DNA of 62,146 bases, counting the filler. It is 4 parts of 4 records of this genome, joined end to end, with 100 filler letters (N's around TTAATTAATTAA, not from the genome) between each part and the next. Parts side by side here need not be neighbours in the genome. Positions count along the whole stretch, not along the records: positions 1 to 25,151 come from SRR31156797_3099; positions 25,252 to 46,830 come from SRR31156797_3114; 2 more parts are not named here. One strand, given 5' to 3'. Positions within the stretch are counted from its first letter, which is position 1. Each line of letters starts with the position of its first letter. Positions 22,600-30,637 of the stretch are shown one piece after another. The notes beneath the pieces are model-generated. The model searched no databases. It was given only the letters and a program-made list of their open reading frames with translations, and was not told the origin of the DNA. Position numbers and translations under genes: made by a program.

Positions 22600-24420
22600 A
22601 TGTCGTCTGCTGTACTTTCTCAAGTGAATGTTTATCCCGTAAAGTCTGTCGGAGGGTTATCTCTGTCAAATGCCTGGGTTGAAAAGCAGGGTTTGATGTT
22701 TGATCGCCGATTTATGTTGGCATTAGCGGACGGGAGTATGGTGACGGCTCGTAAATACCCGCAGATGGTGAAGATTCAATCGACTTTAACACCGGATGGT
22801 TTGATTTTTACTGCTCAAGGTAAGCAACCACTTACTATTCGTTATGCGGATTTCAAAATGCAGGAAGCACCTGCACAGGTGTGGAAAGACAATTTCATTG
22901 CTTACACCACAACGGATGAAGCCGATGATTGGTTCAGTGAAGCGATGGGGCAACGAGTTGAGCTGCTGTTTACTGGCGAACAATCGAATCGTGTTCGTGA
23001 AAAATTTGGCCACAATGTCAGCTTTGCAGATGGTTATCCGTTACTGATTATTAGTCAGGCGTCTTTGGAAGAGCTGAATCGCCGTAGTCCGGAGAAGCAC
23101 AGTATGGATCAGTTCCGCACTAACTTAGTGGTGTCGGGCACCGAACCGTTTGCTGAAGATGGCTGGAAGCGTATTCGTATTGGTGAAGTGGAATTTGAAG
23201 CACTCAAGCCTTGTGAACGCTGCATTATGACGACGGTCGATTTGGAAAAGGGCGATTATCGCCCAACCAAAGAGCCTTTACGTACATTGTCTCAGTTTCG
23301 GGCGAATGAGCGTGGCGGGGTATTCTTCGGCCAGAACCTGGTTGCGAAAAATGAAGGTATGATTCACGCCGGTGACAAAGTTGAAGTACTTGAATACAAA
23401 GAAAAGGAGTACTATCCAGACCTCGGACAAACCCACTATCAAATGACTTGCGTGGAGCGAGAAGAAGTCGCGCGAGATTTCGTCACTTTTTGGTTAGAAC
23501 CAGAACACGGCGTTGTTCCATGTTATCAGCCGGGTCAACATCTACCCATTGAGATCGTGGTTAACGGTGAAAATGTCGGGCGTTCATATACGCTTTCTTC
23601 CAGCCCTTCTCGTCCGGGACGATTAGCCATTTCCGTCAAACGTGTTGACGGCGGTCGAGTGTCAAACTGGCTGGTTGATAACCTACAAGTCGGAGATACC
23701 TTAACGGCAAAGACTCCAGAGGGCAGTTTCCACCTGACAGCTGAACATCATAATCAGCCATTACTACTGCTGTCTGCTGGAAGTGGTGTGACGCCGATGC
23801 TATCGATGTTGCGTTATTTGGCTGACAACAATCAAATGCGAGATGTGGTGTTCTATCACCAATGCCGCACTATTGAGGATATTCCGTATCGGGCTGAGTT
23901 GGAGCAACTAAATTTGGCTCATCCCGAGTTAAAAGTATTTATTTCGTTAACACAGCCAACCATTGAATGGTTTGGCTTGAAAGGGCGTCTGTCTCTGTCC
24001 CATATTAAACAGGTCAAAGATGTCGCGCAGCGTCAGGTGTTTGTTTGTGGTCCTGATGGTTTTATGCAAAAGGCGAAGAACCTGCTGTTGAAGCAAGGTA
24101 TTAAAGAGAGTGCTTACCATCAGGAAGCGTTTGGTGTCGCTCAGCAGACAGTGAGAGAAGTTAAAACACTGCAACTGAGTGTCAACGGGAATGTGTTTGA
24201 GGGTAATAATCAGGCGACGTTGTTAGAACAAGCAGAAGCCGCAGGAATACCGATCGCTAGTAGCTGCCGCGCGGGCTTCTGTGGAACTTGTAAAGTCACT
24301 GTAGAATCAGGACAAGTACATCAGCCAGATGTGCCAGCGTTGCAAGAGCATGAACGTAATATGGGAATGGCGTTGGCCTGTTGTTGTATTCCTGAAACGG
24401 ATATCGAAGTGGTCGATTAA
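22600..24420 (+). CDS. ycbX: YcbX-like MOSC molybdoenzyme fused to FAD/NAD reductase and 2Fe-2S ferredoxin domains
   Basis: YPVKS, DRRFM, FRTNLVV and PCERC (MOSC); RSYTLSS, SAGSGVTP and CGPDGF (FNR-like); CRAGFCGTC...CC (ferredoxin). Confidence 0.88.
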   Translation: MSSAVLSQVNVYPVKSVGGLSLSNAWVEKQGLMFDRRFMLALADGSMVTARKYPQMVKIQSTLTPDGLIFTAQGKQPLTIRYADFKMQEAPAQVWKDNFIAYTTTDEADDWFSEAMGQRVELLFTGEQSNRVREKFGHNVSFADGYPLLIISQASLEELNRRSPEKHSMDQFRTNLVVSGTEPFAEDGWKRIRIGEVEFEALKPCERCIMTTVDLEKGDYRPTKEPLRTLSQFRANERGGVFFGQNLVAKNEGMIHAGDKVEVLEYKEKEYYPDLGQTHYQMTCVEREEVARDFVTFWLEPEHGVVPCYQPGQHLPIEIVVNGENVGRSYTLSSSPSRPGRLAISVKRVDGGRVSNWLVDNLQVGDTLTAKTPEGSFHLTAEHHNQPLLLLSAGSGVTPMLSMLRYLADNNQMRDVVFYHQCRTIEDIPYRAELEQLNLAHPELKVFISLTQPTIEWFGLKGRLSLSHIKQVKDVAQRQVFVCGPDGFMQKAKNLLLKQGIKESAYHQEAFGVAQQTVREVKTLQLSVNGNVFEGNNQATLLEQAEAAGIPIASSCRAGFCGTCKVTVESGQVHQPDVPALQEHERNMGMALACCCIPETDIEVVD

Positions 24421-24474
24421 CCTCTTTTTCTATACTGTTGGGCAAAAATGGCCTGTTATATCGACAGGCTATTT

Positions 24475-25083
24475 TTATAAGGTTCGACCTAAAATCAGTT
24501 GGCACATTTGCTCGTACTGCGGTTGGTTATTCGAAAAAAATTCTTCAACGACCTTTTCAGTTTTTGTTCCCGATAGTTTACGTTTCATCGCTTCTCGAAC
24601 CAGAAGAACGAGGTGTTGCTCTTTATTCACGCTTTGCGATTGATCAGGCCGCCAAGCGGCCAGCTTTTTCGTTAAACCACTTTCAATCAGATTAGGTTCA
24701 AAGTTTTTTACTTCATCTTTTAGCACTTGCAGTAAATGCGGGTAGACTTCGTCGCCTTGTTGGCTCTGTTGTAGGCGAGCGAGCAGAGCTAAACTCAAGT
24801 TGGATAGGCTGACAAATCCTGCTTGATGAGGAAATTGATCGCGCAGACGCACTGAGAAATCGACACGTGTGATTTCTGTATTTGGGAAGAAGCTTAATGA
24901 GCTTAAGCATTCAATTGGAATCCAGATCGCTTGGCCCGCTTCGACGGCATACTCTTGTTTGCCGAGTTTGAATAATGTAAGACCACGCTCTACCTTAACT
25001 AAGCTGTGTTTAGACGCACGCTTACGGGGAGTCACTTCCAAATAAGGAAATAAGAAGGTTTCAGATTGAATTGCGTAGTTCAT
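24475..25083 (-). CDS. AraC-like cupin-domain protein
   Basis: N-terminal cupin (AGQAIWIP) with a degenerate C-terminal helical region; start set at MNYAIQ. Confidence 0.6.
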   Translation of the reverse strand: MNYAIQSETFLFPYLEVTPRKRASKHSLVKVERGLTLFKLGKQEYAVEAGQAIWIPIECLSSLSFFPNTEITRVDFSVRLRDQFPHQAGFVSLSNLSLALLARLQQSQQGDEVYPHLLQVLKDEVKNFEPNLIESGLTKKLAAWRPDQSQSVNKEQHLVLLVREAMKRKLSGTKTEKVVEEFFSNNQPQYEQMCQLILGRTL

Positions 25084-25151
25084 ACAAAGCCTCATCAAAT
25101 TAAGGGCGCTAAGATTAACGTTATACCTAAGTGACTTCAAGGTGCAGGATT

Positions 25152-25251
25152 NNNNNNNNNNNNNNNNNNNNNNNNNNNNNNNNNNNNNNNNNNNNTTAAT
25201 TAATTAANNNNNNNNNNNNNNNNNNNNNNNNNNNNNNNNNNNNNNNNNNNN
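25152..25251. other. Artificial contig-joining spacer
   Basis: N44-TTAATTAATTAA-N44; gene content and composition change across it. Confidence 0.98.
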
Positions 25252-25317
25252 TTTATGTAAACCTATTTCAGGACAAGACACTTCTTACTTGCCAGCTCAC
25301 CTCTCACCTCTCATTTC

Positions 25318-25764
25318 TCAAACCTTCTTCTTCTCCACAAGCCTCACTTTCCCAATCTCCATCTCCTTATCAACTGCTTTACACATATCATAAACCGTAA
25401 GCAAGGCAATGTTTACAGCTGTCAGCGCTTCCATTTCAATTCCGGTTTTCCCGGTGCATTTGGCAAACGAAGTTATATAAACGCCATTTTCCACAAGTTC
25501 TGCTTTCACATCCAATTTTGTGATGGCCAACGGATGGCACAGCGGAATGAGTTCGCTTGTTTTTTTTCCGCCCTGGATGCCGGCGATCTCAGCAATGGTA
25601 AGCACGTCACCCTTTTTTATCTGGTTATCACGGATGAGGTCAATCGCAATTTTTGAGAGTTTAATGAACCCCTCAGCTTTTGCTGTGCGTACCTGATCGG
25701 GTTTGTGCCCAACGTCTACCATATTGGCTTTCCCATGTGAGTCGGTATGGGTGAGTTTTTCCAT
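25318..25764 (-). CDS. moaC: Cyclic pyranopterin monophosphate synthase
   Basis: MVDVG.K, LIPLCHP and TGIEMEALT...YDMCKA motifs. Confidence 0.96.
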   Translation of the reverse strand: MEKLTHTDSHGKANMVDVGHKPDQVRTAKAEGFIKLSKIAIDLIRDNQIKKGDVLTIAEIAGIQGGKKTSELIPLCHPLAITKLDVKAELVENGVYITSFAKCTGKTGIEMEALTAVNIALLTVYDMCKAVDKEMEIGKVRLVEKKKV

Positions 25765-25765
25765 T

Positions 25766-26566
25766 TTATCCTCCAATATTGCTGAAATGATTTACATGAT
25801 TGACAGTTCCGGATTTGGGTTTATTCCCCAACGCCAGCTCCAGGGCATTATTTGCCCCGAGTTTTCGCACGTCATAGCCCAGTTCGCTAAACAGGCATGG
25901 CATTATTTTTCCGTCTGACGTAAGGCGCAGCCTGTTACATTTTTTGCAATTGCCACCCTCGCCACCTTCCACCATGCCGAACTCACCTGTTTCGAGGTTC
26001 ATTTGCGGGATAAACCGCACCTGCAAGTTGTTTTCCTCAGCAAACCTTTTGACCTGCTGCGCATCCGGTTCATCCGAATTCTTATCGATAACACAATTGA
26101 TTTTTATCGGGGTAAGTCCGGCATCCTCGGCAGCCTGAATCCCACGGAGTGCATCTTCGAGTTTACCAATGCGGGTGACCTGCCGGTACCTTTTCGGATC
26201 GAGGGTGTCGAGGCTGATGTTTACCCTGTGCAAACCTGCATCGGCCAAAGGCCGGGCAAACCTATGGAGCAGTGTACCATTCGTGGTCATGGCCAGGTCT
26301 TTGATCCCGGGAACTTCTGCCAGCAGTTTCACCAGGTCAACAATGCCTTTACGCACGAGTGGTTCACCACCTGTAATGCGCACTTTATCCACACCCATGC
26401 CAACAGCCGTTTTGGTAACTTCCACAATTTCATCAAAAGTCAGGATATCCTGGTGACGCATCAGTTTCACACCTTCGGCAGGCATGCAATACACACAACG
26501 CAGGTTACAACGGTCGGTAACCGAAATACGCAGGTAGTTGATTTTTCTGTTAAATCTGTCGAACAT
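25766..26566 (-). CDS. moaA: GTP 3',8-cyclase (radical SAM), compact form
   Basis: CNLRCVYC, TGGEPL, CKKCNRLRLT...PCL and C-terminal IGG. Confidence 0.93.
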   Translation of the reverse strand: MFDRFNRKINYLRISVTDRCNLRCVYCMPAEGVKLMRHQDILTFDEIVEVTKTAVGMGVDKVRITGGEPLVRKGIVDLVKLLAEVPGIKDLAMTTNGTLLHRFARPLADAGLHRVNISLDTLDPKRYRQVTRIGKLEDALRGIQAAEDAGLTPIKINCVIDKNSDEPDAQQVKRFAEENNLQVRFIPQMNLETGEFGMVEGGEGGNCKKCNRLRLTSDGKIMPCLFSELGYDVRKLGANNALELALGNKPKSGTVNHVNHFSNIGG

Positions 26567-27728
26567 TTACTGGAATCCCTTCTTCGAGTGTAGTGTTGCC
26601 AATTTCGATGGAAACGATACCATCGGCAAAGATATAGGAATGAATGTGCGCAGAGCCGTGATATTCTACCGGAAAAATTTTACCCTCTCTAATGTTTACA
26701 GGCAGGAATGATTTGCGTTTGGCTTTTTTCCGGGTATAGGTTTTGCCCATGGGCAACCTAAAAACTTTCGGTTTGTATTCGGTCCCCATTAGGCGATAAA
26801 TCAGCGGCTTTACCAAAAGTTCAAATTGCACAAAGGATGACACCGGATTTCCGGGTAACCCAAAAAGAAATTTTCCTGCTTTGGTACCAAAAACCGTTGG
26901 CCTGCCTGGCTGAACAGCGATACTCTTAAATTTGATCTCAATCCCGATTTCGTTCAGCACTTTAGGCACGTAATCGAAATCCCCCATGGAAACACCGCCT
27001 GTAAGCAAAACAACATCTGATGCTTCCAATGCTCTTGTGATGATTTCCCTTGTGGATTGCTCCGTATCCTTTGCAATGCCGAAATATTTGGGAATAGAAT
27101 TCGCACCTCTAACCTGGGCCATCAGCTGTGCAGCGTTGCTATTTCGAATTTGTGAAAGTCCCGGCTTTACTACGGGCTCCACCAGTTCGTCACCGGTTGA
27201 AATTACTCCAATAACAGGTTGCTTGTAAACTTCCGGCGATACCGTCCCAACCGATGCCAAAACTGCTATTTCCTGCGGCCTGATGATTGTGCCTTTGTTA
27301 AGCACGAGATCGTTGGTTTTGATGTCTTCGCCGGTGTAGCAAACATTGGCGCTCGTTTTTTCGTTGACAAACCTGATATGGTTCTCACCGGTTTCTTCGG
27401 TATATTCAACCATGATCACGGTATCAGCACCTTCCGGAACCACACCACCGGTCATCACCTTGGAGCACTTCCCTTTTGTGATTTTCTTTTCAGGAGATCT
27501 CCCGGCAGGGATGACTTCGATCACTTCAAGTTCACCATTCAAATCGTCCCTCCGGCAGGCATAACCATCCACAGCAGCTTTGTTAAAAGGTGGCATATCC
27601 ATGTCAGAAAAAACATCAACAGCTAAAACCCTTCCGCCGGCTTCAGCCAGGTTTACTTTTTCTGTGCCGAGCGCTTTTCCGGCCTCATTTACAATATCGT
27701 ATGCTTTATCAAATTCAATCATAATCAT
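26550..27728 (-). CDS. moeA: Molybdopterin molybdotransferase
   Basis: PPFNKAAVDGYA, STGDEL, GGVSMGDFD and LPGNPVS motifs. Confidence 0.95.
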   Translation of the reverse strand: MIMIEFDKAYDIVNEAGKALGTEKVNLAEAGGRVLAVDVFSDMDMPPFNKAAVDGYACRRDDLNGELEVIEVIPAGRSPEKKITKGKCSKVMTGGVVPEGADTVIMVEYTEETGENHIRFVNEKTSANVCYTGEDIKTNDLVLNKGTIIRPQEIAVLASVGTVSPEVYKQPVIGVISTGDELVEPVVKPGLSQIRNSNAAQLMAQVRGANSIPKYFGIAKDTEQSTREIITRALEASDVVLLTGGVSMGDFDYVPKVLNEIGIEIKFKSIAVQPGRPTVFGTKAGKFLFGLPGNPVSSFVQFELLVKPLIYRLMGTEYKPKVFRLPMGKTYTRKKAKRKSFLPVNIREGKIFPVEYHGSAHIHSYIFADGIVSIEIGNTTLEEGIPVNVRQI

Positions 27729-27757
27729 TTAAAAAGTTCGCAAAAATAGCAAAAGCC

Positions 27758-28960
27758 TTACTTTACTATTCGCTTGCCATATGACAATCTCCGCCATAGA
27801 AACTCCAACGGCCCGAACCTGAAACGTTTCAACCACATCTTACTTATGATTACCTGGATTACAAAAACTATCAATGCCCAAATAATGAATTTTGACGGAT
27901 CAACATGGCCAAAATATCCAAATCCGTAACCAAAAAATATGGTGGTGAAAATGAGTGACTGCAACAGGTAATTTGTAAGGGGCATCCTGCCGGCAAATTT
28001 TAAAATACTTAGGATTTTGTTTCCAAAACCAGACTTTGAAACCAACAAAATAATCAGGATATAACCAAGTCCCATAAATAAATTTCCCAATTCATAAATT
28101 CCGATATACACCGGCATCACTGCATTTGAATCGGGTTTTGTAAAAAAGTAAAGGATATTTTCGAGCCGCAGAATGAATATCAATCCAACAAATAAAAAAA
28201 GCATGGCCATTACCAGGCTGTTTGTAAAGCTCGCATTGATTTTTTGGAGAACACCCTTTTTACCGGCCACATATCCCAAAATGAACAAAGCCAGCACTTT
28301 GGGCATGTAATATAGCAGGTTTACATTCCTGAAAACCAGATATTCATTTACACGAAAACTCAGGATTTCAAAAAAGCTTCCGGTTGAATAAACCTCCACA
28401 ATCCTGTCCATGGTAAGGTGGGTAAGCGTTGACATGGGATCGGGCAATCCTGGTACATAAACTCTTATCACAAGGTAAAAAGCGGTGAAAAAATAAAAAA
28501 GTACAGACAATCCCAAAAGGGGTTTGGTTTTTAATTTCCTGATGGAAAACAGCACCAATCCCAGTATTCCATAAATCAATAAGATGTCACCGGCCCAGAA
28601 AAGCAAAATATGTAGGACACCAAACACACAAAGCCAGAGCATTCTGCGGGTAAAGAATGTTTTGAAATTCGATTCTTGCTGCTGCGCAAACTTTCGTTCG
28701 AGCATCCACAAACCAAAACCAAAAAGCATGGAAAACATGAAGATGAATTTATCCGATCCCAGGTTTACCATCCAGGTAAAAATGGTTTTTTGGAAAGGAT
28801 CTTCAAGCTCCTGGTAAAATTCACCAAAATGGTAAAACGATGCATGATACCCGAACACGTTCACCATCAAAATGCCGAACAAGGCAACACCGCGCAGGAT
28901 ATCGATCTGGTCGATACGATTGGCAGGTGCTGTGGGAGTTATCTTCAGCCCGGCAATCAT
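27758..28960 (-). CDS. DUF418 (YeiB-like) membrane protein
   Basis: RIDQIDILRGVALFGIL, FSMLFG, WAGDIL, GRMPLTNYLLQS and GPLEFLWRRLSY. Confidence 0.88.
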   Translation of the reverse strand: MIAGLKITPTAPANRIDQIDILRGVALFGILMVNVFGYHASFYHFGEFYQELEDPFQKTIFTWMVNLGSDKFIFMFSMLFGFGLWMLERKFAQQQESNFKTFFTRRMLWLCVFGVLHILLFWAGDILLIYGILGLVLFSIRKLKTKPLLGLSVLFYFFTAFYLVIRVYVPGLPDPMSTLTHLTMDRIVEVYSTGSFFEILSFRVNEYLVFRNVNLLYYMPKVLALFILGYVAGKKGVLQKINASFTNSLVMAMLFLFVGLIFILRLENILYFFTKPDSNAVMPVYIGIYELGNLFMGLGYILIILLVSKSGFGNKILSILKFAGRMPLTNYLLQSLIFTTIFFGYGFGYFGHVDPSKFIIWALIVFVIQVIISKMWLKRFRFGPLEFLWRRLSYGKRIVK

Positions 28961-30411
28961 TTATAATTGTTTTTGAGATGATCCAAAAAACCTTTCGCAA
29001 GACCAGCCCTCCAGGTGGTGAGTTCTGTCATTTCCAGGGTAGTCATTTCTGATATCGGTTGCTTCAGATAAGCATTGATGGCCAGGGCATCAGAAGTATG
29101 CTGGGGGTGTTCTGTTTCATTTGCAGGTAATGATTTGAGCAGATCAGTAAAACGCATGTCAACGGAAAAATGCGGACTGAAATAAATGAAATCGCGTACC
29201 AGATTTTTCAGATCGAAAACCAGTTCAGCCAATTGAGATAAAAAAGATGCTTGCTGCGGATTCCTTCTTTTCAATTGATCGAGCAAAAGCAAAAAACGGT
29301 CACCATCATAGACGAGGATTTTACCTGCTTTCCCGAAATGTTTCCTCAGATAACCAATCAGCATTTCATCAGGATCAATCGCGTGATCGGAATTGTAGTA
29401 GTGTTGTTCCCCTTCGCCATTTCCATTGCCGACTGAAATGGAAATCGAAACCAGATCGTAAGGTTTGTAATTTTTCCATTGTGGAATGGCAACGCGGTTT
29501 CCAAGAAATCCCAGATAAGAAACGGACCCATCGATTCGATTTGTGGCCTCCTGAAATTTTTCCCGGTCGTAAAACGCCTTGTTTTGCCGGCGGCAAACGA
29601 TCTCTTTTTTCACCTTTTCATCGGCAAAGTTCTCTGGGTTGAGGTCATCAATGGTTTTTTGGCCGGCATGATACAATTCAAACTTTTCATCATCCGCAAG
29701 AAACACAAGGTCGAAAACTGATTTTTTGGGAACCTGTTTCCAGCAATGGCCAATAAAATCGCAGGGATACGGATTGTTGCAATGCGATCCGATTTCGATG
29801 GGCGGTGATTTTTTCAGAGCGATGGCTTCCTTTTCAGCGGCTATCTGCTCCTGAATAAATGTTTGCTTTTCCTTAATCTCACCAGTTACATCCACAAAAG
29901 TGAATAGCTGATTGATCTCCAGCTTTTCATCAAAAACATAATCGGGATTCAGATGGACCAGGAAAAAATTATCAATTTCAAGCCCGGAATTGGTCAGCAC
30001 ATAATATTGCAGCGCCGCATCCAGCAGGTAAGTTTCTGATATTTTTAAGGAGCTTTTTACTTCGTAGGCATTCCATTTGCCATTTTGCTTTGCCAGGATA
30101 TCCAGCAGGATCAGAACACGGTCGTATTGGAAAGTAGCTTCATAGATTACATTGTGGCTGTTTTCGGCAATAACTGCTGCAGTTTTCTCCACAGATTTAC
30201 GGTACTGCGACGGCGATTTGGGTTTGCAGTCGATGCCTCCCGGAAAAAGGTCCTGGGCAAAGATGCCCACATCGGTGCCACGCTTAAATTTTGCCCTTTG
30301 CTCCGGCGAAAGTTTATCGCGCAGGAAAGGGCGATTTTTATACAGGTATAAAGATTTGAGGCACTGCACGCCCCTAATGAAGGTTGACTTGGAAAGCTGG
30401 TGTTTTTCCAT
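28957..30411 (-). CDS. DUF2779-type protein: Cas4/RecB-like Fe-S nuclease domain plus degenerate RNase H-like domain
   Basis: LSKS..RG.QC.K, D...EVKSS nuclease motif, QYYVL and C..PYPCDF..HC. Confidence 0.75.
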   Translation of the reverse strand: MEKHQLSKSTFIRGVQCLKSLYLYKNRPFLRDKLSPEQRAKFKRGTDVGIFAQDLFPGGIDCKPKSPSQYRKSVEKTAAVIAENSHNVIYEATFQYDRVLILLDILAKQNGKWNAYEVKSSLKISETYLLDAALQYYVLTNSGLEIDNFFLVHLNPDYVFDEKLEINQLFTFVDVTGEIKEKQTFIQEQIAAEKEAIALKKSPPIEIGSHCNNPYPCDFIGHCWKQVPKKSVFDLVFLADDEKFELYHAGQKTIDDLNPENFADEKVKKEIVCRRQNKAFYDREKFQEATNRIDGSVSYLGFLGNRVAIPQWKNYKPYDLVSISISVGNGNGEGEQHYYNSDHAIDPDEMLIGYLRKHFGKAGKILVYDGDRFLLLLDQLKRRNPQQASFLSQLAELVFDLKNLVRDFIYFSPHFSVDMRFTDLLKSLPANETEHPQHTSDALAINAYLKQPISEMTTLEMTELTTWRAGLAKGFLDHLKNNYK

Positions 30412-30637
30412 GCTGATGAATTTCGGGCAAAACTAACATTAGTTTCAGGATTGTTCATGACCTGCAATTTTCAAAAATTCTGAAAATTTTAACAAATCAT
30501 AAAAACTTGGAATCTTTTAAACTTTTTATAAAAAGACCCCTTTGTGTTTGTATAAAAGCGCTTTGTAAAGCAAAAATATTTTACAATATGATTGCCTGAA
30601 CACAATTTTATTTCCTTAACATAAAACCCCCGATCTT

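Noticed and set aside
25296-25320. Heptamer repeat CTCACCT x3.5 at the moaC stop
   Set aside because: Too short and low-complexity to assign a function; such heptamer runs are common in intergenic DNA of this phylum.
14223-27728. Apparent molybdenum super-cluster (modABC, ycbX, moaC-moaA-moeA)
   Set aside because: The moa/moe genes lie across an artificial spacer on a contig from a different phylum.
30537-30566. CTTTGT repeated at 21-bp spacing upstream of the T9SS gene
   Set aside because: Only two short copies in AT-rich DNA; not distinguishable from chance.
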